Origin: Phyllosticta citribraziliensis | Lineage: Eukaryota | Assembly: GCF_038025025.1 (NCBI RefSeq) | Contig: NW_027117338.1 | Span: 2,790,001-2,854,000 of the forward strand | DNA length: 64,000 bases | Direction of reading: 5' to 3' | In this document: positions 10,063 through 23,302 of the stretch, in pieces | Numbering within the stretch: position 1 is the stretch's first letter | Layout of the letters: each line of letters begins with the position of its first letter | Notes under the pieces: model-generated | Databases searched by the model: none | What the model was told of the DNA's origin: nothing | Seen by the model: only the letters and a program-made list of their open reading frames with translations | Made by a program: the position numbers and the translations under genes

Positions 10063-12743
10063 ATGAGGCTCAAACTGACCGTCAAGAGGCACAAGCTGCC
10101 TTCCATCGACCTCCTATGGGCCGTCACCAATGACAGATCCAAGAAAGCCTCGACCGTTGCCGCCCTGCTTGAAGAGGTCAACGCCGTTGTCCCACTCGAG
10201 ACCGAAGACTGGGGTCTGGATGATTACGTCGTCGAGCTTGGTGATTTTGAAGCACTGCACTTTCAGAACATCACCTCAATCTTTACCAACGATGACCACG
10301 TAACGTAAGTCTCTTCCTACTGTGATTGCGCATTTTACTGACTGCCAAAAGCATTCGTCCTCTGTCTACCGTCGATCGCCGCGCCCGTTACCTCACTGGC
10401 CGTGACCAAATCAATGCCGCAGGCCAGCACCTCCTCGATGGTCTCCCCTTTGGCAAGCCTGACCTGCGAAAACCTGACCGCCCTGCCGTAAACATTCCCG
10501 CGCCCAAGAACCCACTGCCTTTCGATCCTGGCCCAGCACTTCTTGAGGGCCCTCAACGCGAGGAATATTCCAGCCATGACGACGACGACGACTCCTTTTC
10601 GAAACAGCTGCCTCCCACCAAGCGGCGCAGGCTCGCATCTACACGGTCCGAACGGGCTGACAAGAGCGTCCACTTTGAGGATGATGAAGGACGCGCGGGC
10701 GATGACCAAGCACTGGTCGCATTACCCTCGGATGCCGATACTGAGGAAGAGTTCCAAGCCGGAGAGGGCACTGGAGAAGAGTCTGACGTGTCCTCTGATT
10801 CGTCGTCCGAAACGTCCTCGGATTCATCTTCCAATGCCTCTGAAGACGACGATCCAGTTGCACCTAAAGCAACATCACCCTCTGTCTCATCTGACTCGTC
10901 ATCCGACGAAAGCGACTCGGATTCTGAAAGTTCATCTGACGATTCGTCAAGTAATGAGAGCCAGCCGAATGTCCCAAAGGAAAATGTCCGGCCGCATCCT
11001 TCGCCTTCTTCTCCCTCCAGTAAATCCAGCTGGTCAATCACTTCTGATTCGGAGCCGGAACAAGCTTCGTCCAAACCCCAAGCAAATCCATTTCGACTAA
11101 AATCCGATACCCTCGGCACCAGGACGGGCGGCGAAATCACGCTCCGTCGCGTTCAACGAAAATCCAAAGACAACAAGCACACAGCCGACGACAGCTCTAG
11201 TTCACAGGATGCTGTTTCTGGAGAAACCGAAGAGTCGACTTTTGGCCATCCCAGATTTGTGCCACGTGGAGAGGGCAAACAAAAGACCAAGAATCGCAAC
11301 CGCCGCCGCAAAGATCAGAAACTTCTCAGGAAACTCCAAAGCGATGGTGTTCTTCCCCCTTCAGCAACACTGGTAACTTTGCGTGAATTCCAAAGATGTT
11401 ATAATGATGTCAGCTTCCGTCCCGCTGACCAGGAATCTTTTCTGCAGCCAGAGGATGCTATAGAATTGGAAGCTGCGAGAAATGATGAAGAAACGGAGTA
11501 CGATGACGCGGGTACGCACGCCATTGCGGAACTTGAGCGAAATTCAGCACATTCTGGGCATGAAGGTGACAACATGCCATCTGCGGAGAGCGGCCAAGGC
11601 GAAGAAGGCCAGTTTGAAGCACTCCGACGAAAGCTTCTCGGAGACTTGGATTCCATGGACGTGGACCAATTGCAGCCGGCTAGTTCCACCACGAATTCGA
11701 TGACGGCAGAGGCGACACCAGGAAAATCAGCCGGTTTGAAGTCTAGGCGTGCTAGGATTGATCTCGCAAGCACCCGGCGGCACCTGTTCTCTGCTCTCGG
11801 AGTCCGCACGCCCCGGAACAAGGAGGAGGAAGACAAGCTGAGGGAGTCGTATAAGCAGGCATCCGCTCCGCCAAAAGCCAAGAAACCGCAGCCTGAACCG
11901 GAAGTTGAAGAAGATGAGCAAGAGGACGTGTCTGACCCCATGTCAGATTCATACAAGGCAAAGTTGGAAGTGACTGCGTTTGAATGCACTGATCCTGACA
12001 ATGTTGAGCAAATCAGCGCCCCTCCCTACCCATTTGAACAGCGTTGGGACCCGGCCCTCTTGAAATACTGTGACGATGACCGTGTGGATCGGACGGAAGG
12101 GACAAGGGGAAAGAAGCGCAAGAGGAAGACGAAGCGTCAAAGCGAAAGCTATGACTACGAGGCAACAGAGAACGATGTTACTTTGAACTACGACGAGGAA
12201 CAGGAAGATGAGGCGGCCGAGTCTCAACTTCTTCAAGAGGAGCAGGAGGCAAACGATCCGGAAGATTTACCTGTTCCGCCGCCAGATCTGACGACACTCA
12301 AGAGTCTCGAGCAAGATGACATCGTTCCGGGTACAGTCATTGTCTACCAATGCATGGAATTTTCAGCGCAAACGAGTTGGGCGCCGAGCCTAGTTCAACG
12401 CACTGCCGAAATTACCGGTGGAGATGCTTCTGGTGTTCAGCTTTTGCTTGCCAAGCGCGACCGGCCACAGAAAGAAGTGCAGTACGACTGGAAGGGCAAA
12501 CGTCTCTACGAGAAGTTTGAAATGGAGCAGGATGAAGAGGAAGACACTGATGTCGTCGAATGCCCTCTCACTGATCTCACCGACCCCAGGGTTCTCCGAG
12601 CTGCTCCCAAGTCCGCCAGTGCCGATACCACCGAGGGCATCTCTGTGGATAGTACCAAGGAGGCTTCTCAGGATGAGATTCTCGACGAAAGTTCCGCTAC
12701 GGGAGGTAGGAGCAACGGAATTGAAGTCACTGGCGACGAGTAG
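10063..12743 (+). CDS. Conserved fungal nuclear protein, probable coilin-like (2 exons)
   Basis: Intron 10305-10351 joins DDHVT|IRPLST. Folded N-terminal domain, Ser/acidic low-complexity middle, NLS-like KNRNRRRK and KKRKRK, C-terminal GTVIVYQCMEFS..SWAP Tudor-like segment. Confidence 0.75.
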
Positions 12744-13255
12744 AACTGAACCCTGAACAGGCCTCGGTGGACGACTGGGATCGGCTATTGGGGCAATATC
12801 TCAGCTCAGCAAACTCTTCTACAAGCAGTAGTCAAGGAATATTCCAAATCACGGAGTAGAGCAAACAGGATGAAGTTGGCCTTCCTCCACATGCAGAGCT
12901 ATATCATCCCAGTGACAGTATTGTGGATGTGTGATGATACAAGACAAGGCATTTATTGTGAAGCTTGAGACCCTTCTCACTAGCACAACTTAGCATGATC
13001 CACGAGGCAACGCTGTAGGTAGCAGGGCACGAAGTTTGCGTTCTACTGTACTGGTGCCGTAGATGGTTGACAGGGTTGCGCGTAGTAGTAACAGCAAACA
13101 TGATGCACCCTGGTGTCCGCAAACCGCAAGCCGAGGTCGATCATGGCCGATAGCGGGAAAAATAACTGCTCGACGTCACCCCATTACCACCCACTACATG
13201 TACTTGACACCCACGAATCCTCATGCCCACCACTCGAAAGCAATCGTAACAGGAA

Positions 13256-15135
13256 ATGACCTCCTCCAACCGCGCTCCGCGGTCACCGGCGCCCTCTCCA
13301 CCTGGTCCCCCATCCTTTCCGCCCATGACCTCCGCTCCGCTCCACCAACTCGACATCGACGACACGCCGCCGAGCGCGCCATTGCGCCGCCTCAGCTCAA
13401 CACCCATGGCGCCGGCGCCGACATCGACATCGTCGTTGGTGCTCCCGCTCCTCTACGTCTCGCACACGCTGTCGACGTGGAACAGCCGGACATTCGAATT
13501 CGGCGCCGTGCTGTTCCTCGCGACGCTGTTCCCGGGGACGCTGGCGCCCGCGTCGGCATACGCGCTGGTGCGCGCGGGCGCGGCGGTGCTGCTCGCGGGC
13601 AAGATTGGCGCGTGGGTTGACGCGTGGGATCGGCTTAGGGCGCTGCGGTGGAGCGTCGTGGCGCAGAGAGTGGCCGTCGCGGCGGGGTGCGTCGTGTTTT
13701 TGGCCATGGGGAGAGTCAACAGGGGGTCAGATGAGGGGGAGGCGGCGGCGGATGGTCAGGGGCATGCGGAGGGGGAAGAGGAGTGGAGGTGGTGGGCCAT
13801 GGCGGCGCTGTTTGCGGGTAATGTTGCTCTGGCTTGTGTGGAGAAGCTGGGGATTGTGGGGAACTTGGTGGCTGTGGAGAGGGATTGGGTATGGCGTTTT
13901 TCCTCTGGGAAGAACTTGCTTCTGTCCTTGCGAAGATTTTGGGTTTCTTGTGCTTGGCTGACTGGGGGCAGGTCATTGTTATTGCGGAGGAGACGGGAGC
14001 TGTTCGTGAAGGTATTTGCTGCTCTTTCTGCCTTGCTTCCGTCGTCTTTTGATCATGAGACTGACACGAGGCAGACCTCAATGCTGTGATGCGCCGGATT
14101 GATCTCACCTCCAAGCTTCTCGCTCCGGTCTTTGTATCCCTGGTTGACGGGTACTCGTCCACCGCAGCCATCTGGGTCGTCTTCTTGCAAAACGCCCTTT
14201 CGGTCGTTGTCGAATACTTTACCATAGCCCAAGTAAGGCATTCAACGTCCGTTGTAGACCTCAACTCCATACATGTACTAAGCCAACACCAGGTATACTA
14301 CCGCGTGCCGGGCCTCCAAGTCCCCAAAACAACATCTCCATCTCCACCCGAACGTGAAGAACCACTCCGTCCCAGCGAGCGCCCGACGCAACCCTCGTAC
14401 CTCAGCACCCTGCTGCACCCATGGCAAACGTACACGCGCAACACAGCCTTCCTCGCCTCGCTCTCGCTCAGCCTGCTCTACCTGACGGTGCTCAGCACGG
14501 GCGTGCAGATGCAAACGTACCTCCTGACGCTGACGTACACGCCGCTGTCCGTTTCGCTGATGCGGCTGGCCGCCGTCGCGACCGAGCTGCTCGCAACGTG
14601 CGCCGCGCCGCTGCTCATGCGCCGCATCAGCGCAGTACGCGCCGGGCTGTGGTTCATCAATGAGCAGCTGCTCTGCGTCGCCGCCAGCACGGCGCTGTAC
14701 GTCGCCGCGCTCTCCCACTCCTCCTCCTCGCCCAGCACCAGCACCAGCACCCAAAAGGCCGCCGGCGCCAGCCTCATCGCCGGCGTCACGCTCTCGCGGC
14801 TCGGGCTGTGGGGCTTCGATCTGTGCGTGCAGTACCTGATCCAAGAGGAAGTGCCACCGGGGCACCGCGGCGCCTTCTCGTCGGCCGAGATGGCGCTGCA
14901 GAACCTGTTTGAGCTGCTGTCGTTTGCGCTGACCGTCGTCTTTCCGCGGCCCGACCAGTTCGTGTGGCCGGTTTTGATCAGTGCCGCCGCCGTTGCCGTC
15001 GCCGCTGCTTGCTTTGCGGCCTTTGTCCGCATGCGCAGGGGCCATTTGTTGCATGCGAGTCGCTGTGTCAAGGGGAGGGAGAGGTATACTGCTGTTCCGC
15101 AGAGCGAGGGTAGGGGAGGTGGGGATGTGGCGTAG
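13256..15135 (+). CDS. Ferroportin (SLC40/FPN1/IREG) family metal exporter, 4 exons; start codon uncertain
   Basis: LYVSHTLSTWNSRTFEFGAVLFL, VAVERDW|VIVIA, NAVMRRIDL, SLLYLTVLS and SRLGLWGFDL motifs; introns approx. 13889-13971, 14012-14075, 14233-14292. Confidence 0.9.
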
Positions 15136-15709
15136 GTGCTTGCTTGGGATGTGGGCAGTGTGCAGTGTGTATATGTATATACGACGCCTTCATCTACATT
15201 GACTTGTCTGTAAATGGTTTCAATCTTAAAAGAACAAATTGGAATGTTTCTTGGATGGCCGTCAACGATGTGGGATACCTTGGCATGATCCATGATTGAC
15301 TTTGCTAGGCTTGCTATTCATTCGTGCTTGCGTACCTGATCAGACGCTCTGCCGTCCTATTGTTCGTCGCCGCTAGCAGCGACGGATATCTAGTGAGAAG
15401 TCCATGACAGGTGACATGACTATAGGTAGGTAGGTAGAGATGCACCCGACACTACCGACCAACATACACGAGTAGAGACCATGCTGCTCCGGCCCTGGCC
15501 GTCCAACCGGGATCGATCTGTGACCATCCGGCCAACGCCTGTCCGCCTGCCTGACAGTCCAATTTGCTCGCTGAACGCACGCCAAACCCCAGGCACCTTG
15601 ACTTTTTCTTGACTGCGCTCCAGGGTTCCGCCTGTAAGCCCTGGATATTGAATCCATGTCCCACAATTCCGCGACGTCGACTGCTCGGCTGCTCTTGTCT
15701 TCAAAATCT

Positions 15710-17201
15710 TCACGGTCCCGAGAGCAGGTACTCAATGGCTCCCTGCACGCTACCCCCGCTGCGCCTCAACGCCTGCACGTTGCGCTCAAACTCGTAGAAT
15801 CCCATCTCGTTCAGCTGTCTAAGCTGGTCCGCGTACCGCTCCTCTGGTGGTCTGTTGTCTGGCGGGCTGAGCGGGCTGTCGAAAGCGCCTCCGGCTCCAC
15901 CAAACAGGCCTGCAAACGGGTTGACGCCGGCGCCTGCACCCGCTGCCGCCGCATCGTTGCCGTCAGCACCACCGCTGGGGTTGGCGCCTGGGAAGCCCCC
16001 TCCGACAAGTTGCATTGCGGCACGCATGGCCTCGGGGTTCGCCATCATGTTTTGCATCATGTTCTGAAGAGCATTTGGGTTGGGAGCGGAGCCAGCAGTT
16101 GGGTTCGTCGGGTCGCCCGTGGCACCAAAGAGGCCGGCAAACGGATTCGGTGGAGGATTTTGGGCGGTTTGGCCGGCCTGGTTCTGGTTGTCGCCCGTGT
16201 TGGGAGCTTGTGTGGGAGGAGGTCCGAAAAGTGCAGCAAAGGGGTTTGCTTGAGGGTTAGCGCCACCAGCGGGAGGAGCGCCGAAGAGGGAAAACAACGG
16301 GTTTGCTTGAGGATTGGTGCCTTGGGCGCCGGGGTTGTTTCCGCCAGCCGCAGTGTCACTTGGGTTGTTATTCTGCTGTTGCGTTGGCGGAGTCGTGTTG
16401 GTTACGCCGGGCGCGGGAAACGAATTGCCTCCTTCGCCGCCAGCGCCGCCGAGACCCCCGCGCATCTCTCTCGTCATTCTAAGCTGAGCCCGGATCATTT
16501 CTGGGTCGGTCATGATACGCCGGAAGGCAGGGTTCTCCAGCATTTGGAGCATGGCGGGGTTGTCGCGGAACATGGGACTGTTGCGCATTTGCTGAAGAAC
16601 GATCGGATTGTTCAGCGCCTCGGTCATCAGCTGCAGTGTGTTGGGGTCCTCCAGGCGCCGGAGAAGCTGGTCGGTATCGGGAGGAGCGCCCATCTGCAGG
16701 AAGTTAGCTGATTTGAGTCGGATGTGGCTTTGGGGAGGTTGCAACACATACACCGCCGTCTGGCCCAAAGGCGTTGGCTCCAGGTAGACCCATGAGGCCG
16801 GCATAGCGCGCACCAGTCAAACCGGCCAAAGGATCGTGGCCAGTTCCTGTGGCAATATTTGTCGGGACATTGCTCCTCTGGCCGGCGCCGGGAACGGTAG
16901 CGCTCGAGCCTTGGCTGCTCGGATTCTGGCGAGCGTTGCTGGCAGCGCTCTTCACCATGTGTATAGTGTGGCCATCCTTGATCTTGGTGCGATCAAGCGT
17001 ATCGTGGTCCTTGAGCACGCGTCCAGAGTAGATTAAGCGCTGGCGGTCGGCAGGTGTATCGGCGTATTCGGAGGTGGACAGCTTGGCTTTGAGGTCGCCG
17101 ACGGTGGTGGTGCGTGGCAAGGTCAAGGTGTACTTGGCCTCGTTGGACGACTTTACATTGAAGGTGACTTGCTCCTCGGCGCCAGCGGCGTCGTCGGCCA
17201 T
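15710..17201 (-). CDS. DSK2: Ubiquilin / UBL-STI1-UBA proteasome shuttle factor
   Basis: N-terminal UBL (QRLIYSGRVLKD), Met/Asn/Pro-rich STI1 region, C-terminal UBA (PEERYADQLRQLNEMGF...GGSVQGAIEYLL); intron 16751-16694. Confidence 0.95.
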
Positions 17202-17902
17202 GATTGCGAGTTTGTGGTTTCGTGGTCTATGGGACGGGCGTTGACGAGGGCAGATGAGGTGGGGTGGGGTGAAGCAGAAGCTGGGCCTTTCCGGTTGATC
17301 GGCAGACTGGCTGGTTGCCTAGATGTCGGAGAAGAATGTGGAGAATGCCTTGGGTTGACAATGTGGCCGAGGGGCAGAAGAAGATGGGGAGGCGTAGGAC
17401 GAAGGCGGAGGGAGATGGAGGCGAGGAAGAGAAATGGGTGGGTGCGACTGACTGGGTGGTCGCGGCAGCGGCAGCGGAGCGCAGACTGCAGTGGACATGG
17501 ACAGCGGAGAACGACCTGAGTGTTTCCACCGGCTTCTTGGCACCATTACATCACCGAATCGGGGGAGCTGACGAGCCGCACCCTGGACCTGGACCTGGAC
17601 CCTAGGTACCTCACCTTCCCAAACCCTCTCTCCCCCGACGGAGTCAAGTCAAGCCCATCTCAAGGGTTTTCCGATTCCGCCGTCTTCCTAATACCTTATT
17701 CTGCCTCTGCCTCGCGTGCTTACCTGCAGTACACTGACCTTTCCGCCAGACCTTGGTGGCCAGCCAATCATCACAGCTCGCCTACCTCGGTATGCCGCTC
17801 TTTGCGGGGCGGCCGGCTTGGATATTGCGGGCAACTGCGATATATTAGCTTGCGCTTCCTCGCTCTCGTCACACGCCAAAGCATAGCTTTGATTCATCGA
17901 CA

Positions 17903-18978
17903 ATGCGTGCCATCCAGGTCGCCAAGTACGTCAAGGTACCAAACCGAACCCCGGACCGATTGTCCTCTTTCTAACAGTTTCCTGCATCTAGCACCCCTCA
18001 GAACTGCAGGTGGCAGAAATTCCGGAGCCTGTGCCCAAGCCCAATGAATACCTGATCCAGGTTCACAGCTTCAGCTGTAACTTTTTCGACATCCTGCAGA
18101 TTCAGGGCAAGTATCAGGTCCAGCCACCGTTTCCATGGACCGCTGGCGTCGAAATGGCCGGTGTTGTGCTCCGCACTCCATCCGCTCCAACCGGCGGCGT
18201 TGCTCCTAAATTCAAAGTAGGAGATCGCGTCTTCGGCGGGAATCAAGGTGCCTTCGCCGAGCAAGTGGCCGTTATCGAAGAACAACTGTTTCCCATGCCT
18301 CAGGGTTGGAGCTTCGCCGAAGCGGCAGGCCTGTGGGTCACCGCTCCTACGAGCTACGGCGGTCTCGTCCTACGTGGAGAAATCAAGAAAGGGGATTATG
18401 TCCTTGTTCATGCGGCTGCTGGTGGTGTCGGCCTTGCAGCCGTGCAAGTCGCCAAAGCCTTTGGGGCCACCGTCATAGCAACCGCTGGATCCCCTCGCAA
18501 GCTGGAGGTGGCCAAATCCTTTGGCGCTGACTACGCGTTGGACTACCGACAAAAAGATTGGCCGGAGCAAGTGAAGAAGTTGACTCCTAAAGGAAGAGGC
18601 GTTGACATTGTGTACGACTCGGTTGGTCTCATTGAGAAGTCGACCAAGTGCATTGCGTGGAACGGGCGCATTCTTGTCATTGGATTCGCAGGGGGCGTCA
18701 TTGAGAAAATCCCGGCAAACCGACTTCTGCTCAAGAATTGCAGCGTCGTTGGAGTGTTTTGGGGAGGCATCATTGCGAAGGACCCCCAAGTTGGCGTCGA
18801 CACGTGGAAAGGGATCTTTGATCTAATTGATGCTGGAAAGTACCGGGAAACGGTCTACACAGACAAGGTGTACAACGGATTTGAGAGCGTGGCAGATGCG
18901 CTCAGTGACTTGGGACGAAGGGACACTTGGGGCAAGGTGGTGGTGAATTTGGATCAGGGAGGCAAGAGCAAGATTTGA
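17903..18978 (+). CDS. Zeta-crystallin-like NADPH:quinone oxidoreductase (MDR family)
   Basis: MRAIQVAKYVK, intron 17936-17991, then HPSELQV; GKYQVQPPFPWTAGVE and VLVHAAAGGVGLAAVQ motifs; ends in SKI (PTS1-like). Confidence 0.92.
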
Positions 18979-19455
18979 AAATTTCATGGATGAAGTCTAG
19001 CGAAGCGGACAGATTGAAGCTGTGACTTGACCGAGAGAAGTAGAGAAATGAAGGCTTTTGGAAGACATGTACCTACGGATTTAATGCAGCACGAGTGATG
19101 GACATGATGCTGGCCTCAGGCCTCATTCGGAGCCGCACTTCCGTCAACATCACTTGCGCACAGACCCTCGCGGTCGGACCTCACCCGCACCGGAGTTTAT
19201 CCGGTGCTGCTGGAGATTCACGACAAGGCCGCCGCCTCCATCTTTCAAGCTCCATCACCACCCTCCACATCGCCACCTCCTCTCCCCGCCGTCCTCACCT
19301 TCAGTCGCCAATCATAGTCGAGTGCGGCCTCCTCAAATCTCGTCTCAGCAGCCTTGCGCCGCCATCCCCGCCTGAAGTGAGCCCCTTCGAGGACAGCTCG
19401 CGTCGCAGCTCGGCACGCGTCCGATTCATTCCTTCGCCGGAACCTTTTGCTCAAC

Positions 19456-22400
19456 ATGGATTACGAGTACGCCGACAATGGCGGTTACGAGGAGGACCAA
19501 GAAGATCACATCACCGCTGAGGATTGCTGGCAGGTCATCGCGGCCTTTTTCGCGGAAAAGGGTCTGGTGTCGCAGCAAATAGACTCCTACGATGAATTTG
19601 TCAGGAACGTCTTGCCGGAGGTGGTGAACAGGATGGGCAAGGTCACCATGGACCACCAACCTCCTGTCGAAGAGGGCGATCCGGATCCGATCCTGAAGCG
19701 GCGGTACGAGGTCACCTTTGGCACGGTCAGAATGGCCCGTCCTTCGCTCACGGACAACGGCGTCACGAGAGACTTGTTCCCGCACGAGGCACGCCTCCGG
19801 AACCTCACCTACTCCTCGGCCATGATTAGCGAAATAACAACAAAGACTTTGTCAGCTCGCGAAAGGCCGATAGCGACGGGCGAAATGGAGGACGACGAGC
19901 CTACCGGAGCAACGGAACTCGTGTGGGAGACTGAACAAGAGGGCGAGAGTGAAATGGTCTTTTTTGGAAAACTGCCCGTCATGCTCAAGTCGTATGTTTG
20001 CGGTCTTCGCAACTTGACCGACGAGCAGCTTTACGCCCACAACGAGTGCCCATACGACCAGGGTGGCTACTTCGTCATTAACGGTAGCGAAAAGGTCCTC
20101 ATTGCGCAGGAGAGAAGTGCCGCCAATATTGTCCAAGTCTTCAGGAAAAGGCTCAGTGCCACTCCATGGATCGCCGAGATCAGAAGTGCGGTAGAGAAGG
20201 GTTCTCGCCTGCTGTCCTCAATGACTCTCAAGCTCTACGAAAAGGCCCAAATGCAAAAGGAGGGCATGGGCAATACCCTTTATGGCACCCTTCCTTACGT
20301 CAAGTCGGACGTTCCCGTCGTGCTCATCTTCCGTGCTCTTGGTGTCGTGTCGGACGAGGACGTCATCAACCACATTTGCTTTGACAAGAATGATACCGAG
20401 ATGCTGGAAGCAATCAAGCCGTCGATAGAAGAAGCGGTCCTCATTCAAGACAAGAACCACGCCCTCGACTGGATCGGAAGACGTGCGAGCGCACCTGGAA
20501 GTGGTGCCACCAAGCGCGACCGCATCAAGCACGCGCGCGACATTATCCAAAAGGAGTTTCTGCCTCACATCTCACAGGCCGAGGGAAGCGAGACGAAGAA
20601 GTCGTTCTTCCTTGGCTACATGATCTACCGCCTCTTGCAGTGCCACCTTGGACGTCGGGACGAAGACGACAGAGACCACTTTGGAAAGAAGCGTCTTGAC
20701 CTCGCCGGACCTTTGCTGGCGAATTTGTTCCGCTCTCTCTTCATGAAGTTGCACCGCGATGTTTTCAACTACCTGAAGAAGTGCGTCGAGGCCGGCAAGT
20801 CATTCTCGGTCCTGTCTGCAGTCAAGCAGGGCACCATTACAAACGGTCTCAAATACTCTCTCGCAACTGGCAACTGGGGCGACCAGAAGAAGGCGGCATC
20901 GAGCAAGGCTGGTGTCTCTCAGGTGCTCAACAGGTACACCTACTCGTCTACACTTTCCCATCTGCGGCGAACCAACACCCCCATCGGCCGTGACGGCAAA
21001 CTTGCAAAGCCACGCCAGTTGCACAACACGCACTGGGGCTTGGTCTGCCCGGCAGAAACGCCAGAAGGTCAGGCTTGTGGTTTGGTCAAGAACCTGTCGC
21101 TCATGTGCAACGTCACCGTCGGTAGCGATGTCACGCCCATCACAGACTTCATGACGCAGCGAAACATGGAGCTGCTGGAGGAGTACGATCCCAACGTCTC
21201 TCCGCACGCAACCAAGATCTTCGTCAACGGTGTCTGGGTAGGTGTGCACCGCGACGCAACGCAGCTTGTGTCTCTGGTCAAGGGACTCCGCAGAGATGGT
21301 ACTGTCTCCGCAGAGATGAGTCTGATTCGAGACGTTCGTGACCGCGAGTTCAAGATCTTCACCGACGCTGGTAGAGTGACTCGGCCGCTCTTCATCATCG
21401 ACGATGATCCAAACAGCCCCAACAAGGGCAACCTCGTTCTCAACCGAGAGCACATCAATAAGCTCGAGGACGACACGGATATTGACGTGTCTGGCCTGTC
21501 GGATGAAGGGCGCGAGAATGCTAGATATGGCTGGACGGGTCTACTGAGAAGCGGTGTTGTGGAATACATGGATGCCGAGGAAGAAGAAACGGCGATGATT
21601 GTCATGACCCCTGACGACCTGAGGGCACACCTTCGCAGTCGCCAGGGCGTCCAAGAGGTGGCCGCGGACGACGCCCCCAAAGACCCGCATGAACGTGTGG
21701 TGCCATCTCCCAGCCCCTCGATCAAGTTCTTCACCCACTGCGAGATCCATCCCAGCATGATTCTGGGCATCTGCGCCAGTATCATTCCTTTCCCTGACCA
21801 CAACCAGGTGCGTGCTCTTTTCTGGTCTATTTTAAAAACGCTAATCTCTCACAGTCGCCCCGTAACACTTACCAATCTGCCATGGGTAAACAAGCCATGG
21901 GCGTTTGCCTTACCAACTACGATCTGCGCATGGATACCATGGTCAACGTGCTCTATTACCCCCAGAAACCTCTGGCAACGACTCGTTCTATGGAATATCT
22001 CAAGTTCCGTGAGCTTCCCGCCGGACAAAACGCGATCGTGGCGATTGCCTGTTACTCCGGTTACAACCAGGAAGATTCCGTCATCATGAACCAAAGCAGC
22101 ATCGATCGTGGTCTGTTCCGAAGTCTCTTCTACCGCTCGTACACCGATCAGGAGAAGAAGGTTGGAATGGCGATCGTTGAACAGTTTGAGAAGCCGATGC
22201 GGAGCGACACCATGCGTTTGAAGCACGGCACATACGACAAGCTTGATGACGACGGTGTCGTCGCCCCTGGCGTCCGTGTCTCTGGCGAAGATATCATCAT
22301 CGGAAAGACGGCTCCCATCGCCCCTGATGCTGAGGAGCTCGGCCAGCGTACGAAGATGCACATCAAGCGCGACGTTTCCACGCCTCTCCGCAGCACTGAG

Positions 22401-23302
22401 AACGGTATCGTCGACCAAGTGCTTCTTACTACCAACAGCGAAGGCCTCAAGTTTGTCAAGGTCCGCACTAGGACTACCAAGGTCCCTCAGATTGGTGACA
22501 AGTTTGCCTCGCGTCACGGTCAAAAGGGTACGATTGGTATTACCTACCGCCATGAAGACATGCCTTTCACGAGAGATGGTCTCACTCCTGACATCATCAT
22601 CAACCCTCACGCCATTCCATCGCGTATGACGATTGCTCACTTGATCGAGTGTCTTCTCTCCAAGGTGGGCGCTCTCAAGGGCCAAGAAGGTGACGCTACC
22701 CCCTTCACCGACGTGACGGTCACGAGCGTGTCGAATCTTCTTAAGGGCCACGGATTCCAAAGCCGCGGCTTCGAAGTCATGTACAATGGACACACTGGTA
22801 AGAAGCTCGCTGCGCAAGTCTTCTTGGGTCCGACATACTACCAACGTCTTCGCCACATGGTCGACGACAAGATTCACGCCCGTGCCCGTGGTCCCGTGCA
22901 GATTTTGACCCGTCAACCCGTCGAAGGTCGTGCCAGAGATGGTGGTCTGCGTTTTGGAGAAATGGAGCGCGATTGCATGATTTCACACGGTGCTAGCGCG
23001 TTCTTGAAGGAGCGTCTGTTCGAGGTTTCCGACGCCTACCGCGTCCACATTTGCGAGCTCTGCGGTCTCATGACTCCGATTGCGTAAGTGTTTCCTCCTC
23101 CATTCCGACACTTTGTCACTGCTAACGATGGAACAGGAACCTCAAGAAGAACCAGTTCGAGTGCCGCTCGTGCAAGAACAAGACCAAGATTGCTCAGATT
23201 TACATTCCCTACGCAGCAAAGCTGCTCTTCCAAGAGCTGGCGGCCATGAACATTGCGGCGAGGATGTACACGGACAGGAGTGGCTACTCTGTCAGAACTT
23301 GA
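19456..23302 (+). CDS. RPB2: RNA polymerase II second-largest subunit (3 exons)
   Basis: [54 protein letters not shown] and [11 protein letters not shown] motifs; introns 21808-21854 and 23084-23136. Confidence 0.99.

Noticed and set aside
15656..16711. 351-aa ORF antisense to DSK2
   Set aside because: Shadow ORF from GC-rich codon bias on the coding strand.
21849..22916. 355-aa ORF antisense to RPB2 (and similar ones opposite STE23, FMO, AA11, ferroportin)
   Set aside because: Antisense shadow frames expected in strongly codon-biased genes; no protein-like motifs.
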